DNA of 64,000 bases. Source: Takakia lepidozioides (Eukaryota > Plantae > Bryophyta). Below the pieces are notes generated by a model that saw nothing but the letters and a program-made list of their open reading frames with translations, made no database searches and was not told the DNA's origin. The position numbers were made by a program, and so were the translations under genes. The stretch spans positions 13,888,001-13,952,000 of the forward strand of contig CM060734.1 in assembly GCA_030704615.1 (NCBI GenBank). The letters are read 5' to 3'. Shown piece after piece: positions 36,501 to 50,670 of the stretch; position 1 is the stretch's first letter, and every line of letters begins with the position of its first letter.

Positions 36501-39500
36501 GGAGCAGGCTCGGGGCATGACACGGCGTGAGTTAGCTATCAGACTATGGCCGGATCACCCTACAGATAGCTCAGTGATGCGAGCCAAGGCCATTGTGACA
36601 GACGCGGTCTCATACGATGTCTTGGTTGGTGGGGCAGTGTTGTACCCCATGGGCTTCACCCTGGATTTTGGGAAGGAATCAGCTTCCTATAGGCCTGCAT
36701 GGTAGTCAGGGGATGGCCGGCGTGTGCAGCTCCCTGTGACGTTCATAGGAGGAGTTGCGGTTGCCCAGCGAGGCAAGATGCCGACACTAGCAGCATTCAC
36801 AGCGGCAGTGAGTTGGCCTAGAGAGTTGCTTGAGGGCAACGCTCATTCAGAGGATGTGCTACCTCCGGGAGAGCAGGATGACATGTATGGTATGGCGGAG
36901 TTGCCTACCATGGTTGATCAGACTCCATTGTGGGGCACGAGCAAGGATTTGCAGCGGGATGCTGATCGACGGGTGCAACAAGCCTGGGTGAAGGCTTTTG
37001 TACCGTCAGGAGAGGAGGAGAGTGCGGGGATTGCACCAGGACCACCTCGGTTGTCTCCATTGGACACCACACCTATTGTGTGGCAGTATCCGGATGAAGG
37101 CATTTGTCTTCTAGACTTATTTGGCGGGATCAGCACCGGATTGGCTGCGGTGTTACAGGCAGGTGTACGAGTTCGGCGTTACCTGTATGTGGAGAGGGAT
37201 GAGACTGCACGATGCATTTCACTTCGCCATGTTGCTCAGTTGGTGCAGCGGTACCCTGAGTTGTTGTCGGTGTCTGCAATTCTTGGATATCAGCAGGCCT
37301 TGCCAGCAGACATTTCGTTGCTGGGGGCGCAGGATTTGGAGCGGGTTGGCTCCATTGATCTAGTAGTGGCAGGTTGGCCCTGCCAAGGGCATTCATCAGC
37401 CGGGCATGGCAATGGATTGCGAGACTCGAGGTCGGGTCTGTTTTGGGAGATGGTGCGGGTTTTGCGCCACTTGCAGCTTCATCAAGCTATATCTCCAGCA
37501 CTGGAGAATGTGCCACTGATGGGCGATTCTCGGGCCAGGGTGATGGCCAGTGTGCATCAAGTCCGGTCATGGCTTGGGTCAGCAGTGTTGCTAGATGCAG
37601 CTACAGTGGGGTCACGGGCTTATAGTCCACGGCTATGGTGGACTAACTTGATGCCACCCGCACTGCTCAAGCGTGCATTTGATGGGGTGCAGCGGCCAGC
37701 ACATCTCACAGTGGATAGCATTCTGGACACAGGGAGGCAGTCTCAGCGTGTGAGACACAATGACCGTTCGCCTTTGGCAGTGGTCAACAAGGTGGGTCAA
37801 CCACGAGCAGCATTACCTACACTGTTCAGCTTCCCAGGATCGCATGCTTTCCGGGATAGTGGACCTAGCCTCCTGTGGGATGCTCAGTTGCAGCAGTTAG
37901 TGGAGCCTAATGCTGACGAGCGTGAGCGGGCAATGGGTTTTACCACTGGTACCACGGCGGTGTTGTCTCTTTCTGAGGCATCACGTCATCAAGTGTTGGG
38001 GCAAGCAATGGATCTCAATTGCTTGACCTGGATTATCAGCTTGGCTTTGGCTGAGCAACGCAGAGTGCGGAGTACACTTCCCTCGATGGTCTCTCTGCCT
38101 ACCGAGATGGTACAGACAGTGAGTGGGGGTGAGCATGTGAGGACCACGGGGTGCATGCATCCATGGCACACGTGGGAGGTGCTCGAGGTTCAGAGGGAGT
38201 TGGCAGCCAAGGCGGCTGTGATGGATAAGGTTGGGGATTCTTCCCGGGTTGAGGAGGTCCTCAAGGATGAGATGATGGGGCAGGATGAGGCCTTGTCATT
38301 GACTGAGCAGGCAAGGAGTACTGCTCAAGAGGTTGCAACATAGCAACCAATGGACGCGTCCTCTACCTCTAAGCCCACTGGACTTAAGGTTGCAATTACG
38401 GAGGACAATTGAGAGCCTGACATTGGACCCATTGTCACCGGAGGAGAGAGACGACGTATACGGCGGTTCCTGAGGGCTTACAGGAATTGCTTTGCCTTCA
38501 GTTTGAAGGACTTGGGAGCACTGAAGGGTCAAGAGATCCGTATTGAGTTGGCCACTGACACGCCAATCTTTCGGAGACCCTATAGATACAGTGACATGGA
38601 GAGGTCTTTGATTCAGATGAGGACTCAAGATCTCTGGGAGGCAGGTTTGGTGGAGCTCTCTGGTGGAGAGTATGCTTCAGCCACAGCGATGCCAGCCAAG
38701 AAGGATGTCTATGGTAATTGGACGGAGAGACGTATGTGCGGTGATTACCGGCCTGTAAATTGTCAGACCAAGTCCGATAAGTATGCCATGCCAACACCAG
38801 AGGAGATCTTTGATGCCATCGGGCATGCTAAGGCCTTTAGCACTTTGGATTTATGATCCGGATATCACCAGTTGCCAATCAAAGAGGCGGACAAGCAGAA
38901 GACGGCATTCTGGGGGATCAATGAGCACGGCAAGGATTGCCTATATCAGTGGCGGTTCTTACCATTTGGGCTTAAGAATGCTCCTGCAGAGTTTCAGAGA
39001 GTCATGGATAGGATTCTGGCAGGGGTGGACTTTGCTCGGTGCTACATAGATGACATCATCATCTTTAGTGTTACGATGGAGGAGCATGAGAGACACCTTC
39101 AGGTGGTATTGGAGCGCTTGAGAGCGCACGGATTGAAGTTGCATCCGGGGAAATGCAAGTTTTTCCACAACCAGATTGAGTATCTAGGTCACATGATATA
39201 TCCTAGAGGATTGGGGGTACAGCAGACTAAGGTAGAGGCCATTGCACAAATTCCACGCCCCACGGATGTGAGCCGAGTTCGAGCTTTCATGGGGTTGGCA
39301 AACTATTATAGACGGTTTGTCAAGGGATTTAGTACCATTGCAAAGGCTCTAACCAAGCTGACCAAGGTGGACCAGGAGTGGTAGTGGGAAGATGAGTAGG
39401 AACGAGCTTTTCAAGAGCACAAGGTAAGGTTGACCTCGGCACCTATCCTGAGACGACCTATCAGGGGGCGTCCCTTTCAGCTGCATACGGATTGGAGCAT

Positions 39501-41975
39501 GCTGGGGCTTGGAGCGGTGCTCACACAGGTGGATGATGAGGGAAGAGAGTTCATAGTGGCTTATGCTAGCCGCCCGAACAACGCTGCAGAGGCTAAGTAC
39601 AGCTCATATGAGGGAGAGTGCTTAGCTGCAGTGTGGGCCGTGGCACACTTCAGGTGCTATCTATACGGCAATCTTTTCACCCTTGTCACGGATCACCAAC
39701 CACTCAAGTGGTTGATGGAGTCAGACAAGCTTACGGGGAAGCTTGCACGGTGGGCACTCATACTCCAGGAGTATGACTTTCAGGTTGTGCATCGACCGGG
39801 TTTGGTCAATCGGGATGCGGATGGATTGAGTCGCAATCCATGCACAAGCCAACAAGATGACACTGGAGCTCGGTGGCATGGTGAGACGGACGAGGAGATG
39901 GTGCCGGGATGGCACGCATCTGCATTTTTGTGTATCTTGGCATCGGGAGGTTAGGTTGGACCTACTACAGGGATGACTGTAGACGGAGTGTCTGAGGACC
40001 CTGAGGCTAGTGATGAGCTAGGTGGTGCCAGAGATATACATGAGGATTCGGTTGTGTTGGACTACCTCCGCACGGGAGACACGACAGCCACTGTGACTGC
40101 CAGGGAGAGGGATCGGATCCTGCAACGAGCCAAGAGGTTCAAGTGGGAGGGGATACACCTACTTCGAGTGTGGGAGGATGGTCGGGTGAGGATTGTGCCT
40201 CACCCCATACAGCGTGCACGGTTAGTGCGGCATGCCCATGAGGAGTTGGGGCATTTTAGAGTGCGACACACTCACAGTTTACTGCAGGGGCAGTATTGGT
40301 GGCGTGGTATGCATACAGAGGTACAATAGTTCATGGCTAGGTGTATGGTGTGTGACAGGGTGCGTGCTTCATTCAACGCCCCTACACCACAGTTGCATCC
40401 TTTATCAATCATGGGATTGGGCTACAGGTGGAGTCTTGACTTCGCAGGATCGTTGCCACTGACTATGCGCCACCACATATATGTGTTGGTGATGGTGGAG
40501 CACTTCTCCAAGTGGATTGAGTTGGTTCCATTGCCTGACAAGGCTAGTGAGGGGGCTGCGTATGCATTCTTGGATCGTATGCTTAGCCGATTTGGTACTC
40601 CAGCTGAGGTACTCACGGACCAAGGGAGAGAGTTCTTGGGGGAGTTTCAGGCTTTGTGTGATAAAGCCTTGATAGACCACCGCACCACTTCTCAGGATCA
40701 TCCTGAGGCCGATGGCTTGGCAGAGAGAGTTGTTCAGACGGTGAAGAGGGGTTTGCGCAAGTATGGCTTAAGGGACACCTAGGAGATTGGGATCTTCAGG
40801 TTCCTTGGTTAGCCATGGGCTACAGGTTCAGCAAACAAGCATCACTTGCCTCCTTCTCACCATATTTCCTTCTCTTTGGCCGAGAGCTGGATTTGCCTGC
40901 AACCATTCGTAGGGACACTGCTCAAGTCCTTAACCTTGACGATCCGGACGTGTGGGTACGTGCATGTGATCAGCGTGCAGAATTGTTCAAGAAAGTCATG
41001 CCCATGGCTTTTGAGAACCTTGCCATTGCACAACACCGTGATACATTGAGGTATGCCACCATACGTGGTGGAGGATATCGTCCTGGGGTTCGGAGGTTTA
41101 GCCCTGGTGACTATGTTTATTTGCAGCAGACTGCTCCTACGACTCTGGATGTTACTGCAGGGCGTGTTATTCTGAGGGTTCGAGAGGTGTTGCCCTCATG
41201 GGTCCTGATCTTGGAGGGTCGGGATGGCATGACTTGGAAGGACCATGTGCGTAATTGTGCGCCATGTCACCTTCCCAAGGCAGAGTTGACCCAAACTTGG
41301 CAGTGGTACCTGCAGGTTTGAGGTGTATGCTCTGTGGGTCTGCCAAAGGGGCAGCCACCATGCTGGTGTGTGATCGATGCTCAAGGGGTTGGCATATGGG
41401 ATGTTTGACACCACCTCTTGAGAAGGTTCCTGACGGAGATTGGTTGTGTCCACACTGCTTGGGATAGTGGCAGTGGACATGACTGGAGGCAGCTAACAAG
41501 ACATGGGAGGCCAAGCTCATAGGAGTCAATACATGAGATCCCAAGCTCAAGTTCACAGGTTGCAGAGATGGTGACTAACGATGGGGCAACTCTTGCACCC
41601 GGCCTCTTGATCTATCGAGTTTGAGTGTACTAGGGATAGTGGTGGAAGACTTAGACTGCCATAGTGGGCAGCATAGTGGCAGCCTAGTGACTGACTAGTT
41701 GTAGCCTAGTGGTTGGACTAGTGGCTGGACTAGTGGTGGACTAGTGGTATACTAGTGTGTGGTGTGAGTATTCTTCTTCTTTATCATTGTGTGGACTAGT
41801 GACTGCCATAGTGGGCAGCATAGTGGCAGCCTAGTGACTGACTAGTTGTAGCCTAGTGGTTGGACTAGTGGCTGGACTAGTGGTGGACTAGTGGTATACT
41901 AGTGTGTGGTGTGCACATGTGTTGTGTGGTTTTGGACAGCGATGTAGTTGTGTAGCGATATGTATGCGCACGACA
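33513..41975 (+). mobile_element. Second copy of the MTase/PHD gypsy element: body and 3' end, inactivated
   Basis: Highly similar to 13417-21910 (-), with frameshifts and at least 7 premature stops. The 3' end is Y(partial)-X(tail)-Y ending GCGCACGACA at 41975, followed by AGAC. MTase relic at about 37100-38030; TAG CAA CCA at 38341-38349. Confidence 0.95.
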
Positions 41976-44900
41976 AGACCTATGAGCAAATGATGAGGGA
42001 AGAGGTGAAGCCCGACCAGATCACCCCAGGTTCGGTTTGCAAGGTGTGTGCGAGCCTGGCATCGCTGGATAAGGGCAAGGAAGTCCATGGGGACATTGTA
42101 TTTTACCAGATGTCATTTCTGAATAGTACCCTGGTGGACATGTATGCTAAATGTGGGTGCATTGAGGATGCAAAGGGAGTGTTCGACCTAATGGCTGAAC
42201 GAAATGTGGTGTCTTGGAGTGCAATGATTGCAGGATATGCACAGCATGGGTACGAGATGGAGGCTTTGGAGACCTATGAGAAAATGGTGGGAAGGGGTGA
42301 AGCCCAATCACATGACCTTTATTTGTGTCTGCAATGCGTGTGCAAGCCTAGCAGTGCAAGCCTAGCAGCCCTGGAAAAGTGCAGAGAGGTCCATGGTGAC
42401 ATCATCAAAGCGGGAATTGAACCAGATATTGTTCTGAACAATACCCTCGTGGACATGTATGCCAATTGTGGGTGCATCGAGGATGCAAAGGGAGTGTTCG
42501 ACAATATGACTGAAGGAGATGTGGTGTCTTGTAACGCCATGATCGCAGGATATGCACAGCTTGGGCGCGGGATGGAGGCTCGGCCCTGAGATGCATATTG
42601 AATTCTGTAAGTTAGCTCGTTGGCTTCTGAAAGAGAATAAAGAGAGGGAGTCCATAATGCCTCTTCTGGCTCTTCTGGGCATGTGAAGATGCTTTGTGAG
42701 GTAGGCAGACTGAAAGGGGCTCTACAAAATTTAAACCAAGGAGCATCTCAGCAGATTCAGATATGTATGTGGTACGATGCTTTGAATGAGCAAATGATGC
42801 ACGAAGGGGTGAAGCCAAACCACATCACGATTGTTTGTGCTTGCAATGTGTGTGCAAGCCTGGGAGCCCTGGAAAAGGGGAAAAAGAGGTCCATGGTGAC
42901 ATCTTCAAAGCTGTACCAGATGTCCATGGCGACATCGTCAGAGCTGGAATTGTACCAAATGCCATCTAAACACTGCCCTAGTGGACATGTATGCAAAATG
43001 TAGGTGCATCGAGGATGCAAGGGGAGTGTTCGACACTATGGCCGAACGAGATGTGGTGTCGTGGAGTGCGATGCTTGTAGGGTATGCACAGCAAGGACGT
43101 GGGAAGGAGGCTTTGGAGACCTACGAGATGTGGTGTCGTGGATGCGATGCTTGCAAGGTATGCACAACAAGGACGTGGGATGGAGGCTTTGGAGACCTAT
43201 AAGCAAATGATGGGGGAAGCACATCATGTTTGTGTGCATTCGCAATGTTTGTGCAAGCCTGACAGCCCCGGAGAAGGGCAAAGAGGTGCATGGGGATATC
43301 ATCAAAGCTGGAATGGTACCAAATGTCATTCTGAACACTGCCCTGGCAGCTCTGGAAAAGGGGAAAGAGGTCCATGGCAACATCTCAGAGCTGGAATTGT
43401 ACCAGATTTCATTCTGAACAATACCCTAGTAGACATGTTTGCAAAATATGGGTGCATCTAGGATGCAAAGGGAGTGTTCAACAATATGGCTGAACAAGAT
43501 GTGGCGTCGGGCAAGCCTAGCAGCCCTAGAGAAGGGCAAAGAGGTGCATGGGGATATCGTCAAAGCTGGAATTGTACCAAATGTCATTCTAAACACTGCC
43601 CTGGCAGCTGTGGAAAAGAGAAAAGAGGTCCATGGCGACATCTTCAGAGCTGGAATTGTACCAGCTATCATTCTGAACAATACCGTGGTGGACATGTTTG
43701 CAAAATGTGGGTGCATCTAGGATGCAAAGGGAGTGTTCAACACTATGGCTGAACGAGATGTGGTGTCGTGGAGTGCGATGCTTGCAGGGTATGCACAGCA
43801 GGGACGTGGGATGGAGGCTTTGGAGACCTATGAGCAAATGATGGGGGAAGCACATCATGTTTGTGTGCATTTGTAATGCTTGTGCAAGCCTGACAGCCCT
43901 GGAGAAGGGCAAAGAGGTGCATGGGGATATCATCAAAGCTGGAATGGTACGAAATGTCATTCTAAACACTGCCCTGGCAGCTCTGGAAAAGGGGAAAGAG
44001 GTGCATGGCAACATCTTTAGAGCTGGAATTGTACCAGATGTCATTCGGAACAATACCCTAGTGGACATGTTTGCAAAATGTGGGTGCATCTAGGATGCAA
44101 AGGGAGTGTTCAACACTATGGCTGAATAGGATGTGGCGTCGTGCAAGCCTGGCAGCCCTAGAGAAGGGCAAAGAGGTGCATGGGGATATCGTCAAAGCTG
44201 GAATTGTACCGAATGTCATTCTAAACACTACCCTGGCAGCTCTGGAAAAGGGGGAAAGAGGTCCATGGCGACATCTTCAGAGCTGGAATTGTACCAGATG
44301 TCATTCTGAACAATACCCTGGTGGACATGTTTGCAAAATGTGGGTGCATCTAGGATGCAAAGGGTGTTGTTCGACCACTACGGCTGAACGAGATGTGGTG
44401 TCGTGAGTGTGATGCTTGCAGGGTATGCACAGCAAGGACGTGGGATGGAGGCTTTGGAGACCTAATGAGCGAATGATGGGGGAAGCACATCATGGTTGTG
44501 TGCATTTGCAATGCTTGTGCAAGCCTGGCAGCCCTGGAGAAGGGCAAAGCGGTGCATGGGATATCATCAAAGCTGGAATTGTACCAAATGTCATTCTGAA
44601 CACTCCCCTGGCAGCTCTGGAAAAGGGGAAAGAGGTCCATGGCAACATCTCAGAGCTGGAATTGTACCAGATTTCATTCTGAACAATACCCTAGTGGACA
44701 TGTTTGCAAAATATGGGTGCATCTAGGATGCAAAGGGAGTGTTCAACAATATGGCTGAACAGGATGTGGCGTCATGCATGCCTGGCAGCCCTAGAGACGG
44801 GCAAAGAGGTGCATGGGGATATCGTCAAAGCTGGAATTGTACCAAATGTCATTCTAAACACTGCCCTGGAAGTTGTGGAAAAGGGGAAAGAGGTCCGTGG

Positions 44901-46445
44901 CGACATCTTCAGAGCTGGAATTGTACCAGATGTCATTCTGAACATACCCTGGTGGACATGTTTGCAAAATGTGGGTGCATCTAGGATGCAAAGGGAGTGT
45001 TCGACACTACGGCTGAACGAGATGTGGTGTCGTGGAGTGCGATGCTTGCAGGGTATGCACAGCAGGGACGTGGGATGGAGGCTTTGGAGACCTATGAGCG
45101 AATGATGGGGGAAGCACATCATGTTTGTGTGCATTTGTAATGCTTGTGCAAGCCTGGCAGCCCTGGAGAAGGGCAAAGCGGTGCATGGGGATATCATCAA
45201 AGCTGGAATTGTACCAAATGTCAATCTAAACACTGCCTTGGCAGCTCTGGAAAAGGGGAAAGAGGTGCATGGCGACATCTTCAGAGCTGGAATTGTACCA
45301 GATGTCATTCTGAACAAGACCCTGGTGGACATGTTTGCAAAATGTGGGTGCATCGAGGATGCAAAGGGAGTGTTCAACACTATGGCTGAACGAGATGTGG
45401 TGGCGTGGAGTGCGATGCTTGCAGGGTATGCACAGCAGGGACATGGGATGGAGGTTTTGGAGACGTATGAGCAAATGATGTGCGACGGGGTGAAGCCCGA
45501 CCACATCATGTTTGTGTGCGTTTGCAGTGTGTGTGCAAGCCTGGCAGCCCTGGAAAAGGGCGAAGAGGTGCATGGCGACATCGTCAGAGCTACAATTGTA
45601 CCAGATGTGACCTGAACACTGCCCTGGTGGACATTTATGCCAAATGTGGGTGCATGGAGGATGCAAAGGGAGTGTTCGACAATATGGCTGAACGAGATGT
45701 GGTGTCGTGGAGTGCGATGATCGCAGGATATGCACAGCATGGTTGTCATAGGGAGGTTGTGCAACTATTTGAAGGAATGCAAAAGAATGGCTTGAAGCCG
45801 AGCAATATCGCCTTTATATGTGTTCTCTCTGCATACAGCCACGCTGGCCTACTGAATGAAGGAAGACGCTACTTTGATTCCCTGAGTCAAGATCATGGTA
45901 TCACTCCGACAGTAAAGCACTTTGGCTGCATGGTGGACCTTCTTGGACGTGAGGGACAACTGGATGAGGCAGTGGACATAATTAATAAAATGCCCATAAA
46001 TCCAGGTGTTGTGGTGTGGAAGGCCTGCTTGGTGCCTGCAGAATCCATGGCAATGTGGTGATGGTTGAACGTGCAACAACATCTATCCTCACGTGGGCTG
46101 AACAAGATGTCGCGACTTATGTGTTGCTCTCAAACATCTATGCTGCAGCTGGCAGGTGGGATGATACTACAAAGGTGAGAAGAATGATGAAGGTCAAAGG
46201 GGTTAGAAACAAGCCAGGTCGCTGCTGCATTGAGGTTGGCAACAGGGTGCACAACTTTGTTATAGATGACAAGTTGCATCCCAGAATTAAGGAAATCCAT
46301 GCTGAGTTGAGAAGATTGGCTGGGAAGAGAAGGAGGCGGGGTATGTGCCTAACAGGCGCTTTGTATTGCATGATGTGGGGGAGGAGGAAAAGGAATTTTC
46401 TCTTTGCCACCACAGTGAGAAGCTGGCCATTGGTTTTGGCATATC
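41976..46445 (+). pseudogene. PLS-class PPR gene with E/E+ and truncated DYW domain, 3' part
   Basis: Repeats LVDMYAKCGCIEDAKGVFD.MAERDVVSWSAMIAGYAQHG, then E domain (YVLLSNIYAAAGRWD..KPGRCCIEV) and [10 protein letters not shown] at about 46408-46440. Many stops and frameshifts. Confidence 0.92.
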
Positions 46446-47559
46446 CACGGGAAATAATAGTGGGGTCTACCCAGCATAGGTGGGAAGTCAGCCCATAATG
46501 GCACTTGACTGAAGGAGTGATATTGGACTGACTTTGGTGACAGTGGATGGAATCAGAGTGTTGTCCTAATTCTGGGTTTGGGTGGTATGACTGAACGAGA
46601 TGTGGTGTCGTGTTTGCTGCATGAATTCTAGGCTGTCATTGTCAGTTGCTAGCAACAAGGTAAGGATGTATGCATGATTTGTGCAGAGGCATGGATAGCT
46701 AAAGGAGCAGGGATGGAGTGTGAGTTTTATTTGATTCATCCAAGAGGGCCGGATGTCAAGCTTCAGATCACCTACAACTCCCTATGGAAGGATAGCTACA
46801 AGAAACCTGCATGGGTAGATGGTCAACTGGAAGCTGCAGCAGCATCGGCACGATTGATAAAATCAGGCACTGCTCATGAAGGCACCTTCTTCAACACGTT
46901 TCACCCTGTTTTTCCCTCTAATCAGAATCAGTCCTAAATGCTGAATTCTGCAAATTAGCTTGTTGAGTGAAACTTAAATAGTTTGGAGTGACTTTGACAT
47001 GATACTGCCAATGTAACAACAGGATTAGTATTCCAGAAATAGGTAACAGAGACGAGGAGAAGCTGTGGAATGAATACTTTTCTGACCCAGTCAATAGTGG
47101 GACAATCGAGCAAAAAGGTGAATGCCTGTTGGATTACAAAGAGTAGCAGATGCAATTGAGCATAGGAACTAGAGTGATAAGTTGAGTTGGGTGTAACCTA
47201 GAACAGATGTAGGCTGTCATTGTCAGATTCTAGTAGGAAGACATGATACTGCCAAAGTGACAACACAGAAATATCCAGAAATAGGTTCCAATCTTGGTCG
47301 TAAGGACTCATGGATTTGTGCACTGTATGGGGCAGGTTTGAGGTGTTATCTTAATACATTGTCACGTGCTCTTCTTCATGCAGTTCATTTGATTTCGTGC
47401 ATTGATGGCATGGTCTGTATGTTCTGAAGTCTGAATCACATAGGCAATGAAATAATCATCCCCAGTGTGCAGGGATTGTGTTGGTTGCAATGCCGTAGTA
47501 GATCAATCGTAGCATCCGTGCTGCTATTCAGACACTGTAGAAATAATATTGCACATGTA

Positions 47560-48333
47560 TGAACTACAAGTCGCAGCCCCCAAGTCAGTGCAACCAGCAG
47601 GAGTGTCTGGTTCCCAACCCACAGTCGATGTAGTCACTAGTGAGATAGTGCTTCAAACCTCCAGTTGCATCTGTCACTTCAACACTCCAGTTGTCGACTT
47701 CACTTGCAAGTGGTGAAGGCAACCAGCATACAACTCACTGCGCCATGTGCTGTGACCTCAGACCTGCACGTGGCGAGACCCGGGAAGCCACGCGTGTCCT
47801 TGAAGGTAACCGCTACATACGATCGCTACTACGAGTCCAGCACTCCGAGACGTAGTTCACAACTGCAGTCTGACCATGCAGTCGTTGAAACGACTTGCTA
47901 GTTATTTTTGAACTAGTGGTTAGTGCTCGTGTAGTACGAGATCGTAACTATTCAGCAGCGTGAAGCAACGTGGCCACGGCGCGTGTCCTGCCTCCAAGAG
48001 AACACGTGGAGTTTTCACACTGACCCACGCGGTTGTATTCCCGGCGTGCACACGGTGGGGAAGTGGGAACCCCGGTCAAAATCCCACTGAGGTCAAGGTC
48101 CAAGATTCAGTCAACGCCGTGCGTGGCGACGCCACGTGGCCACACCTTAAAAATTACCCTGCAGTCGGCGTCACGACTGATTGGAACGACTCCGACCACG
48201 TAATGACTGGAACGACTGGGTTGTCCGATAGGTCTTGTCCTTTCGGACTCGTAGTCGCCCAATCATTTTTTGACTGAAACAACTGGGTTTCCAGTCGTTT
48301 TTTGAGTCGTTATTTCAGCAATTCCTTGTAGTG
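47560..48333. mobile_element. Possible CACTA-derived fragment
   Basis: Ends ...TTCCTTGTAGTG (reverse complement CACTACAAGGAA) at 48333 and contains many CAGTCG/CGACTG repeats. The left end and TSD are not established. Confidence 0.45.
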
Positions 48334-49639
48334 GAGCAATGGAGCAGAATTCCGAGAGGCTTCACAATCAAGCAAAAGGGTAAAGTGGAGCGCGTGCACC
48401 TAGAAACGTTGTAGTATATCCAATGGGGGTGTAATAATAGGACAGGTTGTGGGCGTGGCTCATCCTCGTCTGAGCACAGGTCCCGTGGAAACCTGACACT
48501 TGAATTGGTTGCGGCTGCAGTTCTTCGACACCAGTTAGCAGCATCGGTGACAGCCAAGTGCTTACCCGTCGATCGGCAGTAATTCGAAATCCAGCTGCAT
48601 GTGTTGTGCCACCAAACATTGCGTGGCATGGCAAGGAAGCAGAGATTGGGATGCCTCTTAGATTCTGATCCATCGTGACCATCAACAGAGCACCAAAGTA
48701 AGGGGTCGCACTTACTCTCAAGATGAGGGAAGTGGGCCTGTACATATCCACATGAGTTCCTCTTATGGAATATAAGGTATGCATGAGTCCTATCAGGGCA
48801 GATAGCTAAGATAACGCCATTGTAGAGAGTTGACTTCCTCAAGGCAGGAATGCATGTCGCGTGGGGGTCAGACCTCTGCTTAAGGCTAATGCTTGGGTTA
48901 TGCTGAAGCATCATCATTGGGTAAGGCCGGTTGGGAGGTTGAGTCATGTTGCAGGTAGTCGTGCTATCTTTCTCCACGTTCCAACTATGTCTTGGTGTAG
49001 ATTGAGTTGAAGTGGGCAGTGACTTTGCCATTTGCATGTTGGCCTGACTGTCATGACAAACAAGGAGCCAAAGCATGATGGTGATGAGCAGGCGCATCCA
49101 GCATAAAACGTACCTGGGTGTGTAGTGAGGAGCCTTAATCCATTCCCTAAATGCTTTTGGATAAGAGAGAACTCGTTGATAGATAGCTTTCCTCACAATG
49201 TCAAGCTGCGGGTTCATGGGAGCGGGTGCTTCGATGCTGTTGGAGGGCCGGGGAGGTCCCATCCTGGCGTTGGTAGAGGGAACAATAGTCATCATGAGCG
49301 AACACGGGCAGGAGCAGCTGGTACTTAAGAGGTCCAAAAGGGGCAGCCATAAGGTTATCGTGCTAAGGGGTGAGAGGCAAACCAACATAGAGGCCCGTCG
49401 AACGATACTTAGCACCATAGTGAGAGGCACGTGAGCATAGAAGGGTCCTGGAATAGCTCAAACTGAGCACCGGCTCAAAGAACGTGCGCCGAATCGGGGT
49501 GAGAAATCTCCAAAATCAGCGGTTGGGCTTCTGAGGAGAGCCTCGCCTGTCTAGTGATGCGGGAGGTATGATGTCAGACTTTTACTGCAGTTCTCATACT
49601 ATTACACACATTTCCATTTTCCCTCACTATTGTTTTTGT

Positions 49640-50670
49640 CCTTGTAGGACATGTGCCTAGATTCGGACACAGACATGCCGACCACAAATATGGCTGAATC
49701 AGTCCACTCTTCTTGGCGAGCGTCTTCTACCGCACATCTGGTCAACCTCCTGATGGCCACAACGGAGGACATCGACAGATCAATCATCTAGCAAGCAAGG
49801 TAATACAAATTCCTGAGCGGGAAACAATGGGGCTTTGGGCCGGATAGGCAGGAAATGTTGGTACAAACAGCTTCGAGGTCCAAGAATCCAGTGAAATGGG
49901 CGACGACATTGCAAGGGAATATCAAAGGGACGCCTCTATACCCTAGAGGTGAACACCTAGACGGCGATGTCCATACTCGCCCTGTGAGGCGGAGAATTGA
50001 AGAGGAACCTGGCCGCGAAGAGGATTCCTAGCGATCCGACATGAACATTCGGACTGCACCTCGAGGTCCAGTCATGTTGCCGCACAATGTCTTTTCCAGT
50101 AATGGAAGCCCAAGAGTTTCAAGATCGCCATCGCCTTCAAGCGGGGATTCCATGCATGAAATTCCATCGGCACGCCTGCCCCAGATTCCGCCCGCTGTTA
50201 TGCAATATGGGCAACCCATTATGGAGACGACTGCATCTGCGTCACAGTGAAGAATTGCTCACACACTGCCTCGGTTTCGAGGCAGGTGAACCGCAATTCG
50301 AGTGGATACACGGCAACATTGTGGAGAGATGATAAGGAGGAACCCAGTTGGGGCTGTCCCTGCTCCTACTTTCACGAGAAGATTTCTATGTGTCAAGTTT
50401 GTGGAGGCGCCCACGACCCAGTTCTGGTTCTCCAAGCATGACATTATGAGTTGTGTCTATGGAAAGCCCAAGCCCGGCATACAATCAATGCCAGAGGCTC
50501 CCCCGGTGTGGCCGGTGGAACCGGCAAGTTGAGGCCGACGCCCTTACTGCAGCAGGATTTCGGATAGTGCAGCGAACTGACGTCCCCAGACAACCATTTC
50601 CGGTTTCACAGCGTCGACCACCGACCCCTATGAGAGCAAGAGCAGACAACTCTAGGCATCCTATACACCG
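49640..50670 (+). pseudogene. MULE-like transposase relic (part upstream of SWIM)
   Basis: MPTTNMAESVHSSW at about 49675-49716 matches the MULE T.N.AES.(N/H) catalytic-Glu motif. The frame ...SRHPIHR joins WGKVRRRRPPSKVNE at 32572 (-) once the CACTA element is removed. Confidence 0.6.

Noticed and set aside
44772-45764. 330-aa minus-strand ORF and similar antisense ORFs over the PPR and retroelement regions
   Set aside because: These are antisense shadows of repetitive coding sequence.
48315-49430. 371-aa minus-strand ORF
   Set aside because: No recognisable motif. It lies in TE-derived sequence and may be a chance or antisense frame.
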